Shown: piece by piece, positions 28,806 to 39,623 of the stretch
Layout: every line of letters begins with the position of its first letter
Numbering within the stretch: position 1 is the stretch's first letter
Origin: an uncultured bacterium
GTDB lineage: Bacteria; Hydrogenedentota; Hydrogenedentia; Hydrogenedentales; JAEUWI01
DNA: 42,893 bases
Direction of reading: 5' to 3'
NCBI GenBank assembly: GCA_963977445.1
Contig: CAXBPH010000018.1
Location: 1-42,893, forward strand
Notes under the pieces: generated by a model
Database searches by the model: none
Seen by the model: only the letters and a program-made list of their open reading frames with translations
Told to the model about the DNA's origin: nothing
Translations under genes and position numbers: made by a program

Positions 28806-30299
28806 TTAGGCCAAAATATCCCTGATCACGTGGCCGTGCACGTCGGTCAGGCGTCGCTCAATACCGTTGTGGTAAAAGCTGAGCCGTTCGTGGTCCAGGC
28901 CGAGCAGGTGCAAGATCGTAGCGTGAAAATCGTAGATGGTCGCCACATTCTCTACGGCCTGATAACCAAACTCGTCGGTAGCGCCATAGCTATAGCCCGG
29001 CTTCACCCCGGCGCCCGTCATCCACACGGTAAAGCCGGCCGGGTTGTGATCGCGGCCACTGGCACCCTTCTGGAAGGTGGGCATGCGACCGAATTCGGTG
29101 GTCCACACGATAAGGGTGTCTTCCAACAAACCCCGGGCCCGCATGTCCTTAATCATGCCCGCTGCCGGTCCGTCGAGGATGGGCGCGTGCACGTCGTATT
29201 GCTCTTTCAGGCTCTTGTGTCCGTCCCAGTTACCCACGCCCTCGCCCATGGCGTAGGCCCCATTAAATAGTTGGACGAATCGCGTGCCCTTTTCAATGAG
29301 TCGGCGTGCGAGGAGGCAGTTCTTGCCGAAGCCCGCCTTGGTTTCGTTGGGGTCGTCGATGCAATAGAGTTTGCGTGTTTCCGGGCTCTCGTTGCCGAAG
29401 TCGCTCATGGAGGCAGCCTTGAGCTGCATCTTCGCGGCAAGCTCGTAGGAGGATATGCGCGCGCTGAGCTCTGTGTCACCAGGGAAACGTTCGAGATGCT
29501 TGTCGTTCAGGAATTTCAGGAAATCCCGCGTCGCCCGTTCGTCGCCGTCTTTGATGTAGCCCGGCGTGGCGAGATTGGGTATGGGTTTCTGCGTATTAAA
29601 TGGCACGCCCTGGAACACCGCAGGGAGAAATCCTGAGGCCCAGTTGTTCGGTCCCGACTGGGGCACGCCACGGGGGTCGGGAATCGCCACGAAGGCCGGC
29701 AGGTCGTTGGCCTCGCTGCCGAGGGCGTAGGAGGCCCACGCGCCCATGCTGGGGAAGCCGTCGAGGGTGAAGCCCGTGCTCATCTGATTTTCCGCCGGAC
29801 CGTGGGTGTTGCTCTTGGCCGTCATGGAGTGGATGAAGGTGTAGTCGTCCGCCATGGCCGCCAAGTTGGGCAGCATGTCGGAAACCATCTTGCCCGATTC
29901 GCCCCGGGGTTTGAAATCCCAGTAGCTCTTGGTCAGGTTGCCCTGTTCACCCTGGAAGGTGACGAGCTTGTCGCTACCCGGCATGGGTTGGCCGTGGCGC
30001 TTGATGAGCTCGGGCTTGTAGTCCCACGTGTCCACATGGGAGCAGGCACCGGAACAGAAAATGACGAGGACGTTCTTTGCCTTTGGCGTAAACTGGGCGG
30101 CCCGTGCGGCGAGGGGAGCCGAAGGTTGAATTATAGGGCGAATGGGGCCCAGCTCGGAGGCGGCTGCCTTGCCCATCAGGCCTTGCTCGGCGAGGAGTGC
30201 AGAAAGGGCGATGCCGCCCAAGCCCGCGCCCGCGCTCTGTAGGAAGCCGCGGCGGTTTAGAAGGTGCTGTCCATCGGGATAAATTTCTTCAGGGGTCAT
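28806..30299 (-). CDS. DUF1501 domain protein
   Basis: Tat-like NRRGFL leader, [68 protein letters not shown]. Confidence 0.93.
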   Translation of the reverse strand: MTPEEIYPDGQHLLNRRGFLQSAGAGLGGIALSALLAEQGLMGKAAASELGPIRPIIQPSAPLAARAAQFTPKAKNVLVIFCSGACSHVDTWDYKPELIKRHGQPMPGSDKLVTFQGEQGNLTKSYWDFKPRGESGKMVSDMLPNLAAMADDYTFIHSMTAKSNTHGPAENQMSTGFTLDGFPSMGAWASYALGSEANDLPAFVAIPDPRGVPQSGPNNWASGFLPAVFQGVPFNTQKPIPNLATPGYIKDGDERATRDFLKFLNDKHLERFPGDTELSARISSYELAAKMQLKAASMSDFGNESPETRKLYCIDDPNETKAGFGKNCLLARRLIEKGTRFVQLFNGAYAMGEGVGNWDGHKSLKEQYDVHAPILDGPAAGMIKDMRARGLLEDTLIVWTTEFGRMPTFQKGASGRDHNPAGFTVWMTGAGVKPGYSYGATDEFGYQAVENVATIYDFHATILHLLGLDHERLSFYHNGIERRLTDVHGHVIRDILA

Positions 30300-30480
30300 A
30301 CTATCTCTCGCTCTATCAGGGCCATGATTTAGCTCTAGGGTACCAGATAGACCCCCTGCGGGGCACATGGGGTCTGGCGGTGCGCAGGGGCTGAATTTAC
30401 GTAGCGTTTTCCGGAAGCGGAAATGACTGAGCGGCCGCTAGGTATACGAGATGACGATTGCTCTCGACCTCAAAAAACTT

Positions 30481-30556
30481 ACCACGAATAAACACGAATG
30501 TACACGAATAGGGAGTGGGATGGAGGTGTACGAATGTGCACGAATTGACACGAATA
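30481..30556. repeat. 10-bp-period CACGAAT repeats (two blocks of three)
   Basis: accacgaata aacacgaatg tacacgaata ... tgtacgaatg tgcacgaatt gacacgaata. Confidence 0.85.
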
Positions 30557-30613
30557 CGGAGGGGACGGGAAGTGCGGATTGTGTTCGTCGCGAATTGGGC
30601 GCCAGTTTCTTCC

Positions 30614-30696
30614 GGCCCGAAGGGCCAGCGCAGCATAGCCCTGGGCAACGCCCAGGGTTAATCGTATCGAAACGTATATAGCCCTGAAAGGGCGGC
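30614..30696. repeat. REP-like multi-hairpin element
   Basis: GGCCC-GAA-GGGCC, CCCTGGGC-AAC-GCCCAGGG, GCCCT-GAA-AGGGC; 17-bp inverted copy at 40508-40524. Confidence 0.75.
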
Positions 30697-30787
30697 GCGA
30701 ATCGAAATTGTTTGGCTTTCTGCATTTCGCGGGTCCCGTTACGGGGTGGACTCTACGTTGCCGTAGGCGTGTTTGAGTGTATGCCAG

Positions 30788-32407
30788 TTAGTCATTTTCA
30801 CTCTTCACGCTAACTAGACCGGTCACCTCATCTGACGATATCAAACGTCTAATGATTTGGCTTCCGGGGCATCCTTTGAAATCGAGATGAATCAGATGAT
30901 TTCCCGTCTTTTCCTGCAAGACTCTTAAGATCTCTTCGCGGTTTTTGAGAAGAACACGTGTTGCTATCAATCGAATCGGGGTCTCCACTGTTTTTTCGAA
31001 AAAGCGGAAGCCTTTGAAGTGCTGTAGTTCGACCATAACTTGAAAGGGTTCACCCTTGTTTATGAATACTGGCAGATTGAGGAACGCCGCATCGACATTG
31101 ACCGCTCCCGATATACTGAAATTATCGCTCTGTGTCAAATGTTCCCCTTTTACACATAAATCAAATAAATCCGAGACCCCAGACGCTTCCTCATCACTTA
31201 ACTCTCGAAACAATGGATTCAAGTGTAATCGCCTGGCCACACTTCTAGCCTTATTTAGGAATTCGACAAACTCCAAGAGCTCAGCCCCTCCCGACGTCAT
31301 GCCTGTTGCTCTGGCCGAGAATAGGCGTTTTCCTTCATGTCGACATTCAACCATGAGTGTTTTTCCACGGGAGAGTGAACGGGCGAGCCCCTCGATTTGG
31401 TCGAAGTGGGGAAGGTGAAGCAACGGCTTACCATACCACTTGTCTACTGAGAACCCCATCTCTGGAGTTGAGGAGTCTCCAGAGAGGTCCAGCGCTTGCT
31501 CCGATGATAATTCGAGCGGAAAACTAGGATCGGCCAGTGCAAACGTGAAGCGGCTCCTGCCCGCAGTGATCCGCGCGGCAATGGGGTCTATTCGCACTTC
31601 CTCGAACACTGGTTCTTCATCGACCTTGGTACAACTCAGTGATGCGAACACGTTCAGGGCCGTGCCGATATGTAGTTGGACTTTCTCGGCATCCTGCCAG
31701 ATGTGGTCGAATATAGGAGAGCCGGAAATTGAAACATCCGACGGACTGAACTCAACGGACCTCCCCCCTTCGATCAGGCTATCAATCTTGATGGTAACTT
31801 CCTCTGGATTCCCTGGGAATGAAAATTGAATCGGGACGTCCTCAATCGCATGGAACGTGGTATGGGAGTTTTGCTCAGAAACTACCATAGTTGCGCGAAA
31901 ACGTGGGTCTAGCACCTCGAACCTTCTTTGTTCTTCCTTGATCAAGTCTTGAGGTGTTAGCGGGCGCGCTAGTTTTGCAAACGCAACTTTCCTTCGAGGT
32001 GTGAGCGATTGAGATAGCGGGATGCGAATCTTCCAGCGACTATTTGCCTTCTGGCATGTATTGGAAGAAACGCTCTCCCAAATGAGTGTCTTGTCTTTCG
32101 GATGGTAGAGGACGACTAATATAGGCAAAGTGTGGCCGATCCAATAATCGTGGTGAGTTTGATCAAACCGAAATACGACTGCGCCCTTGGACGTTTCTTT
32201 CCAATAGCTCGCACCAGCCTTGACTTGGACACCAAGAAGTCTGCCTGTTGGATTGCCTGAATTGCATTCCTCGACAATTAAGTCTATGCCCATGTCGCTT
32301 TCAAGTTGAGGGCGCTTTATCCATTTCATTCTCAGGAAGACACCCTCAACGGCATTCATTCCCAAGTGTTCCGTTGGGGAGTATCTGGAAGTTTTTTTTG
32401 GCATCAC
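30788..32407 (-). CDS. DUF4365-like (PD-(D/E)xK-type) N-terminal domain protein with unknown C-terminus
   Basis: RPQLESDMGIDLIVE...GRLLGVQVKAG...HHDYWIGHTLPILVVLY; visibly more AT-rich than neighbouring genes. Confidence 0.8.
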   Translation of the reverse strand: MMPKKTSRYSPTEHLGMNAVEGVFLRMKWIKRPQLESDMGIDLIVEECNSGNPTGRLLGVQVKAGASYWKETSKGAVVFRFDQTHHDYWIGHTLPILVVLYHPKDKTLIWESVSSNTCQKANSRWKIRIPLSQSLTPRRKVAFAKLARPLTPQDLIKEEQRRFEVLDPRFRATMVVSEQNSHTTFHAIEDVPIQFSFPGNPEEVTIKIDSLIEGGRSVEFSPSDVSISGSPIFDHIWQDAEKVQLHIGTALNVFASLSCTKVDEEPVFEEVRIDPIAARITAGRSRFTFALADPSFPLELSSEQALDLSGDSSTPEMGFSVDKWYGKPLLHLPHFDQIEGLARSLSRGKTLMVECRHEGKRLFSARATGMTSGGAELLEFVEFLNKARSVARRLHLNPLFRELSDEEASGVSDLFDLCVKGEHLTQSDNFSISGAVNVDAAFLNLPVFINKGEPFQVMVELQHFKGFRFFEKTVETPIRLIATRVLLKNREEILRVLQEKTGNHLIHLDFKGCPGSQIIRRLISSDEVTGLVSVKSEND

Positions 32408-32599
32408 ATTTTGCCCCTCTTTGTGTTCTTCGTGGTGAGCTAACGATTATTGCGAGTGCTTTTCCACTAGGCGAGGTCTAGAACTTCCGGGACAGCCTCG
32501 CGCCCGTCGACTTTCGCCCTTTTGCAGCGATAGCTTGAAGTCCGAAGGTGCTATTCGCAACCGCCTGGGCCGTCTGCGCGAGGCAGTCCCTCTATTACC

Positions 32600-35500
32600 T
32601 CAATTCAGATATAAAAATTCATTGGTGTTGTAGATTGCGCGGCAGAAGAGGTCGAGGCCGTGCTCTGTTATAAACGCTGCGGAGGCTTCTTTTTCTTCGG
32701 GGCCGGGTTTGCGGGCGTAGGCGAGTTGAAAGGCCCGTTCTGCCTGGGCGGCGGGATTGTCGGCCGCTTCGGCCAGGCGTTCGGCGAATAGCTTGGCCTG
32801 CTGGTTCATGAAGGGGCTGTTGAGCATGTTGAGCGCCTGGAGGGGCGTGGTGGAGGCGTTGCGCTTGGGCTGGTTTTGTGCGCCGTCGGGACAGTCGAAT
32901 ATGCCGAAGGTCTCGTCCTGCTCCATGCGGGGTTTCATCTGGTAGATCATACGCCGCCATTCGGCCGGGCCAAACTCGACCTTGGGGTCATAGACACGCA
33001 CATAGTTTGAGTTGGGCTTGAAGACTTCGTAGCCGGGTCCACCCATGGCCATATCGAGGACGCCACTGGCTTGTAACACGGTGTCGCGGATGGGTTCGGC
33101 CTCAAGGCGACGTGGGGGGAAGCGCCAGAGAGAGAAGGTGCCCGCGTCTATCGCCATGGCATCTTCCCGTGGGGTGCTTGATTGGCGGTAGGTCTGGGAC
33201 AGGAGAATGCGTCGGTGGACGGACTTGGGCTTCCAGCCGTCCTGGATGAAGGTCAGGGCGAGCCAATCGAGGAGTTCGGGGTTGCTTGGGCGGGAGCCCA
33301 TGGCACCGAAATCACTGGGCGTATCTACAATGCCCCGGCCGAAGTGGTAGTGCCAGATGCGGTTGACCATGACCCGGGCTGTGAGGGGGTTGTCGGCATC
33401 GGCGACCCAATTGGCGAAGGCGACGCGACGCTGCTGCTCCGGTGTGTCGGAAGCCAGCTGGAGGGCGTGGCCGACCTGGGCAATGCCGCCGGGGTTAACG
33501 GGGGCCCGTTCTTCCATGGGGTCACCACGATAGAGAAAGTTGGTGGGTTCGGCCGTTTCAAACCTGCCGCCGTAGATTCGGTCGAAGGCGAGGAGTTCCT
33601 TGTGTTCTTTATCGAGGGCGGGCTTTTGGGCCGCAATGGCGTTCAGCCGTTTCCGTTCGCTCGATTCCAGACCCACGGTGGCGAATTCGGCAATGGCGCT
33701 CACCCGCTGTCCAAAGGGTGCCCGATCGAGGGAGGAAGCCACCCGTTTCCAGGTGCCGTCCGGCGTCATGGCGTCGATGTAATACTGGGTGGCGAGGCGG
33801 TCATCAAACCCGCCCTTCCGGTCCCGTGCCCACACAACACGGTTGATGGTTTGGGCGGTGGCGAAATCTACTTGGGCCCAGGCTTCCCCTTTTTCGCCGG
33901 GAATCCAACTGTAATCGTTGCCCAGCTTGCCGTCATTCAGATGGATGGTCTTGTGCTTGGTGTTTTCCGCGTAATCACTGGAAGCGCTCGGTGTGGCACC
34001 GAGACTGGCCAGGGCCACATTGGTCGTTGTTTCCTCTGCGGAATACACTTCCAGTTCGTCGATGCACACATCGTTGCCGTTGTTGGTGCCTTGCACCGTA
34101 ATGCGGAGGGCCGTTGCCTCCACCGGCGCGAAGTTTTCCTCGTTCAGCCGGGCGGTTACTGCGGCGCGTAATTGGGGGCGGAGTACTGGCATGGCGGGTG
34201 CGGCGGCTTCTTCGGCCAGGGGCTGGATAGCGACGAGGTCGGAGCCTACGATACGGCCTTCATTCAGGGGGCGCAGGAGAATGCGTGCGGTGGGCTGGAG
34301 GGTGTGAATGCCCCCGTCGTAGAAGCCACTCCATTCCCAGCCCTTGAGCACGTCGTCTTCCTGGGCCGCCCTCTTGTGGGTATTGACCGTTGCCAGTGTC
34401 GTCTGGTCTTCGGTGGTCGCAAGGTCGCCATCCTGATCCAGGACAAAGGCGACGGACTCACTGCGGTCTTCCCCAGCGATCCAGGAAAGCCAGATCTGGT
34501 GTCGACCTGTCGCGCTCAAGTTCCACGAAAAGAGATCGGTGTTTTCTCGTCCTTCCCAATAGAGATAGCCCTCCCCAGGGGAGTTTTCGTCCTTGTCCAC
34601 AAAGGCCCGGCCCAGGGGGCGGCGCAGGAGGGAGACACTGGGCGCGCCTTCGAGCTGGAACAAGGGGCCATCGTCATCGATGCAGGTGAGTTGCGTGTTC
34701 GCCTGGGGCCGGAACGTGGCAAGCTCCCCATCGATGGCTTGGATTTGCTGTTGTACCACCTCGGCTTTGGCGACGCGCTCGTCATAGTCGGCAGGCCGCA
34801 CTTCCCGTTCACCATGCTGGACGCCGGAGAAAATCGCGCGGAGCTGAAAGTAGTCCCGTTGGGAGATGGGGTCGAATTTGTGGTCGTGGCATTTGGCACA
34901 GCCCGCCGTCAGGCCGAGAAAGGCCGCCGACGTGCGGTTTACCATATCGTGGAGTTCGCCGTCCCGCTGGTTTTTTGTGAGGACAATGTCCGGACTCTTC
35001 ACCCGGTCCCAGGGGCCCGCGACGAGATAGCCGGTGGCCATGTCGGCCCCCATGGCGTCGCCTGCGATTTGCTCCTTGATGAACTGGGTGTAGGGTATGT
35101 CGTCGTTGATGGCCTGGATAACATAGTCGCGATAGCGCCAGGCATTGGGGCGGGGTATGTTGGTTTCAAAGCCGTCTGTTTCCGCGAAGCCCGCCACATC
35201 GAGCCAGTGGCGTGCCCACCGTTCGCCATAGTGAGGCGAGGCGAGGACATGGTCCACCAGCTTTTCGTAGGCGTTGGCGTCGGTGTCCTTGATAAACGCT
35301 TCGACTTCCTCGGGCGCGGGCGCGAGGCCGAGGACATCGAGATAGAGACGGCGGATGAGGGTGCGCCGATCTGCTTCGGGGGAAGGGGTCAATTTCTTTT
35401 CTGTCAGGCCCTTGAACACAAAGCCGTCGATGGGGTTTTCAGACCAGGCTGGGTCGGCAGCAACGGGAACAGCGGGCATTTCGGGCGCACGGAAGGCCCA

Positions 35501-35950
35501 GTACTTTGGCTGGTCGACGATGGTTGCGGCGACTATTGCCTTGGCATCCGCCTGGGCGGCTTCGACGGTGGTGCCGGGCCAGGGTGTGCCGTCATTGACC
35601 CATTTTTCCAGGATTGCGATGGCTTCGTCGGGGAGTTTGCCGTCGGGGGGCATCTGGAGGTCGGCTTCTTCATAGTGGACCGCCTGAATCATGCGGCTGC
35701 TCTCGGTGTCGCCAGGAATTACGGCGGATTTCACGAAGAGTTGGGCCAGGGAATCGAGGCGGAGACCCGACTTCTGTTTTTCCGGGCCGTGGCAGCCGAT
35801 GCAGTTCTCCTGAAGGACCGGCATGACCTGCTCGGTGAAGAAACTATCCGGGGTGGGATCTTGGGCCATTGTCGTGGCCGTCAGGGCTATGGTGGATGCC
35901 CAAATGCCGCCCGATATCCAACGCACGGAAGGATAATAAAATGCTTTCAT
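32600..35950 (-). CDS. Planctomycete cytochrome c / DUF1549 / DUF1553 protein with inserted discoidin-like domain
   Basis: Heme motifs CIGCH and CAKCHDHKFDPI; NPIDGF, LIRRLYLD, YGERWARHWLD, NPLTARVMVNRIW, RRLEAE, PLQALNMLN; ATG at 35950 with AGAGGA RBS. Confidence 0.93.
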   Translation of the reverse strand: MKAFYYPSVRWISGGIWASTIALTATTMAQDPTPDSFFTEQVMPVLQENCIGCHGPEKQKSGLRLDSLAQLFVKSAVIPGDTESSRMIQAVHYEEADLQMPPDGKLPDEAIAILEKWVNDGTPWPGTTVEAAQADAKAIVAATIVDQPKYWAFRAPEMPAVPVAADPAWSENPIDGFVFKGLTEKKLTPSPEADRRTLIRRLYLDVLGLAPAPEEVEAFIKDTDANAYEKLVDHVLASPHYGERWARHWLDVAGFAETDGFETNIPRPNAWRYRDYVIQAINDDIPYTQFIKEQIAGDAMGADMATGYLVAGPWDRVKSPDIVLTKNQRDGELHDMVNRTSAAFLGLTAGCAKCHDHKFDPISQRDYFQLRAIFSGVQHGEREVRPADYDERVAKAEVVQQQIQAIDGELATFRPQANTQLTCIDDDGPLFQLEGAPSVSLLRRPLGRAFVDKDENSPGEGYLYWEGRENTDLFSWNLSATGRHQIWLSWIAGEDRSESVAFVLDQDGDLATTEDQTTLATVNTHKRAAQEDDVLKGWEWSGFYDGGIHTLQPTARILLRPLNEGRIVGSDLVAIQPLAEEAAAPAMPVLRPQLRAAVTARLNEENFAPVEATALRITVQGTNNGNDVCIDELEVYSAEETTTNVALASLGATPSASSDYAENTKHKTIHLNDGKLGNDYSWIPGEKGEAWAQVDFATAQTINRVVWARDRKGGFDDRLATQYYIDAMTPDGTWKRVASSLDRAPFGQRVSAIAEFATVGLESSERKRLNAIAAQKPALDKEHKELLAFDRIYGGRFETAEPTNFLYRGDPMEERAPVNPGGIAQVGHALQLASDTPEQQRRVAFANWVADADNPLTARVMVNRIWHYHFGRGIVDTPSDFGAMGSRPSNPELLDWLALTFIQDGWKPKSVHRRILLSQTYRQSSTPREDAMAIDAGTFSLWRFPPRRLEAEPIRDTVLQASGVLDMAMGGPGYEVFKPNSNYVRVYDPKVEFGPAEWRRMIYQMKPRMEQDETFGIFDCPDGAQNQPKRNASTTPLQALNMLNSPFMNQQAKLFAERLAEAADNPAAQAERAFQLAYARKPGPEEKEASAAFITEHGLDLFCRAIYNTNEFLYLN

Positions 35951-36103
35951 GGGGTACTGTCCTCTTACTTCGTCAACACGCGCCTTACGCAGTCTTAGCA
36001 TAATGACAAACGGGGGGGGAAAGGTCAAATGCAGTTGACGGTGGGCAGTTGACAGTTGACGGACATCAGCGTGAGGACATAGGTTGACAAAAGAGACCGG
36101 AAG

Positions 36104-36316
36104 GGGTGCCACCCTTACGCGGAGGAGCGAAGCGGGGGAGCTTACGGGTGTGAATTCGTCGTGGCTTTCCGGGTCTCCATTGGGCCGGCTTCTTGAATCT
36201 TGGGGTTCGCGATGCCGCGTTTCGGTGCTTGTCGCTCTGCCCAAGTTCCACCCGCGACGTCGCACCCGTAAACCCGGCGACCGATGGTCGCTTCGCCGGG
36301 TGTAAGGGTGGCACCC
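36104..36316. repeat. REPIN/MITE-like element with 15-bp terminal inverted repeats
   Basis: GGGTGCCACCCTTAC (36104-36118) and GTAAGGGTGGCACCC (36302-36316); inner IR TTACGGGTG/CACCCGTAA. Confidence 0.8.
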
Positions 36317-36325
36317 GTGGGGTGC

Positions 36326-37204
36326 TTAAGGCTGGGTCAGTTTTTTGGTCATGAATCCCACGACGATGGGGAGGCTTTCGCGGACTACGTCGAAGGTGTG
36401 GCCTCCTTTTAGTTCGTGATAGGTGTGGGGGATGTTGAGGGCCGTGAGTTGTGCGGCGAAGTTTTCGTTCATGGTGCGGTCGAAGGCCGTGTCGCCGGTG
36501 ATGATACACAGGGACATATTGCGGAGGACTTTCGCCTGGTGCAGGGGGTTGAGGGCGGTCCAGGTTTGCTCATCATCGCCAAAGCGGTCCATGGGCACCG
36601 CGTAGGACTGTCCGCTCGGGAGGCCTGTGCGGGGGAAGTCGAGGAGTCCGATGATGGGGGCGAGGGCGGCGAAGGCTTCGTGGTGGGTGATGGCATAGCG
36701 CGTGCAGCCATAACCGCCCATGCTCCAGCCGCTGAGGCCCCGCTGCTTCGGGTCGGTGGATAGATTGAAGCGTACCGTGGCGTCCACGATGACTTCGTCT
36801 ATGTAATCCTGGTAGCGGTCGGCCTTCTTTACCGGAGAGTTAATGTACCAGCCATCATCGCCATCGGGCAGGATGGTGACAAAGGGGGCCGCGAGGAGGG
36901 CTGCCCGGGCGCCGGGGTCGTCGATGAGGGAGCGCTCGGTGCGGCCACGGCCGTGGAACAGAAAGAGTACGGGCCAGGGGTGGGCGTCTTTGACGTAGCC
37001 CTCGGGGAGGACGGCGCAGAAGGTCTTCCGCTTGCTCAGAATCTCACTATCGAAAGACACGGCCTGGATGCGGTCTGCGATGGTTTCAACAGTCACTTCT
37101 TGGGGTTCGTCACCGTGGACTTGCGTCACCCCGGTCATGAGGGCGAAGAGCGCAATCGCCAGACTGAAGTAGGGGCGGAGTATTTGGTAGCCGGATGTTT
37201 TCAT
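36326..37204 (-). CDS. Secreted alpha/beta-hydrolase (putative esterase)
   Basis: Signal peptide, [10 protein letters not shown], nucleophile elbow GWSMGG, GGHTF; start overlaps the upstream gene's stop (ATGA). Confidence 0.9.
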   Translation of the reverse strand: MKTSGYQILRPYFSLAIALFALMTGVTQVHGDEPQEVTVETIADRIQAVSFDSEILSKRKTFCAVLPEGYVKDAHPWPVLFLFHGRGRTERSLIDDPGARAALLAAPFVTILPDGDDGWYINSPVKKADRYQDYIDEVIVDATVRFNLSTDPKQRGLSGWSMGGYGCTRYAITHHEAFAALAPIIGLLDFPRTGLPSGQSYAVPMDRFGDDEQTWTALNPLHQAKVLRNMSLCIITGDTAFDRTMNENFAAQLTALNIPHTYHELKGGHTFDVVRESLPIVVGFMTKKLTQP

Positions 37205-39580
37205 AATGCCTTCGCTTCAGTGGCGTCGAAAGAAGCGACCGACAACACCACTTCCGACTCCTCCGACGACAATTTGGTCGTCTTGCTTCCGTAACGGACC
37301 ACCGCGCCCTTTGGATTGCGGATGGTGGCGGTAGTGAGTACGCCGTCCTTCCAGGCGATGTCGACCTCGTGACCGCCCCGCGCGACGAGACCCTTGACTT
37401 CGCCTTCGGTCCAGGTCGATGGCAGGGCCGGAAGGAGGTGAATTTCACCTGCGTGGCTTTGAATCAGCATTTCGGCGATGGCGGCGGCGGCACCCATGTT
37501 ACCGTCGAGTTGGAAATGAGGGTAGGCGGAAAACAGATTTTGATAGACGCCCGTGCCGTTGAAATCTCCTATATTCGTATCCGTCGTGAATCGAAGGGCG
37601 CGGCGGAGATTTTTGTAGGCACGGTCGCCTTCGCCGAGGCGCGCCCAAAAGCAGGCTTTCCAGGCGAGCGACCACGTGGGGCCGCCCTCGCCCCGGGCAT
37701 CGAGGCTGACCTTGGCCGCCTGCGCCCATTCGGGTGTCTGGCGCAGGTTGACCTGGTCACCGGGGAAGAGGGCGAAGAGGTGGGAAAGGTGGCGGTGGTG
37801 ACTCTCTGGGTCATCCACGTCCTCGATCCATTCCTGAAGTTGCCCCCAACGGCCTACGGTGGGTTTGCTGATCTGGGACGCGCAACGCGGTCTGGCTGAA
37901 TTCATCCGCTATACCCAGCACGGCTGCGGCCTCCACGCAGTTGTCGAGGAGGTCCCAGGCGATTTGGTGGTCCATGGAAGCGCCGGCCGAAATACCGCCA
38001 TGCTCGGGGGAGTAGGAGGGGATGGAGACCAGGTCGCCCGCCGTGTTTTCTTGGAGGTAGTCGATCCAGAAAAGGGCGGCCTCCTTCATGACGGGGTAGG
38101 CCTCATTTCGCAGGAAATCTTCGTCCATCGTGAACGCGTAGTGCTCCCACTGATGTTGGGCAAGCCAGCCCGCACCGCCGGGGAAGAAGCCCCAGGGGAA
38201 TGCCCAGCCCGGTGCGGTGAACCCAAAGGCATTGTTCATCGTGTTGACGGTCCAGCCCCGGGTGCCAAAGTGGGTCTTCGCGGTGACCTGACCGGGGGCC
38301 ACCAGGCTGGCGGTGTAATCCAGTAGTGGTTGGTGGCACTCCGGGAGATTGGTGACCTCGGCGGGCCAGTAGGCCATCTGAAGGTTGATGTTTGTGTGAT
38401 AGTCGGCGGCCCAGGGGGGATTGGTGCTGTTGTTCCACTTGCCTTGGAGATGCATGGGCAGGGAACCCGGCCGTGATGCGGCAATCGTCATATAACGGGC
38501 GTACTGGAGGAAGAGGGCTTCCAGTGCGGGGTCTTCGGCCCCTTCCTTGTAGGCTCTGAGGCGTGCGTCGGTGAAATCCTGCGATGCGGGGTCGCTACCC
38601 AGGCGCAAGGAGAATCGACCAAACAAGCCCTGATGGTCGGCAACATGGTCCGCTTTCACCATTTGGAAGTCCATGTCGACCAACGCCTGTTGTACCTCAT
38701 CGTTGTTTGCGACGTAGTCCGTGCCGCGATAGGTGGGGTATTTATTGAGATAGGCGGTGTGGGCAAAGTGGTAGAGGGTCAGGGACTGGGCACCGGAGAC
38801 CTGAAAGCGGTTGCCATCCAGGGCTTCGATTTTCCCATTCGTCTCGATCTTGACGCGGGTTTCGAAACCCAGTTTGTTGTTTTCCACGTGCCCCTTAAGA
38901 TGAATTACGTTATCGTGCAACTCCAGGGCGTCGACGGGGTGGGGCGTTTCGATGCGAATGACGTAGGTCGTACCGGTTGGACGGTCGTTTTCGAAATGAT
39001 AGACCATGGAGCGATTGGGGTAGCTGCCGAAGTGTGTCCGGGTATGGTGGATGTCGCCCGCCTTATAGCGGACATGGCCCAATCCGTTGCCGATATCGAG
39101 CCGTCGGGAGTAGTCCGTGATGGCGGCCAGGTTGTCGACGGTGACATAGAGATCCCCCATGGTCTGTTGGGCACCATAGTCACCAAACTCGAAGTTTTCA
39201 CCCTCCTGTTTATGGATGATTCCTGTCAGCTCTTTGCTGGCGAGGGCATCGGCCTCTGCGGTCTTGTTCGCACGAATGAGAGCGCGGACGGGCTCCAGGT
39301 GCGCGGCGGCGCCTTCGCGGTTACCATAGTTGTAGTCGGGATGGGCACCGGGGCCACCGGCCCAGAGGGTGCCGTCATTGAATTGGATGTGTTCCTCCTC
39401 TGGGTCGCCGAAAAACATGGCGCCGATGAAACCATTGCCAATGGGGAGGGCTTCGGTCATCCAGTCCGTGGCGGGGGCGTTGTAGTGCAACACGAGATTG
39501 GAATCGGTGGCGCCTGCGTGGGTGGAGAGCGTTGCCGTAAGCGTAACTATAGTTGGCAGGAGGGTGCGCAATATGAACAT
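37201..39580 (-). pseudogene. GH95 alpha-L-fucosidase-like protein split by a frameshift near 37880
   Basis: N-part ALPIGNGFIGAM, LQGKWN, DYHTNINLQMAYW, PSYSPEHG; C-part [27 protein letters not shown] in another frame. Confidence 0.9.
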
Positions 39581-39623
39581 ATGTAATCTTTCTTTCGTCG
39601 ACCGGATTAAGTTGGTCTTGAGT

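Noticed and set aside
30343..30392. Alternative hairpins upstream of DUF1501 as a riboswitch
   Set aside because: Short GC-rich stems with no recognisable aptamer motif or terminator
34172..35998. 608-aa plus-strand ORF (similar long ones at 13342-14769, 25707-27131 and 2914-4107)
   Set aside because: Antisense shadows of well-supported genes, expected from codon bias in GC-rich DNA; no recognisable motifs
35951..36265. N-terminal extension of the 1221-aa ORF
   Set aside because: It reads through the inverted-repeat element; the signal peptide and RBS support the start at 35950
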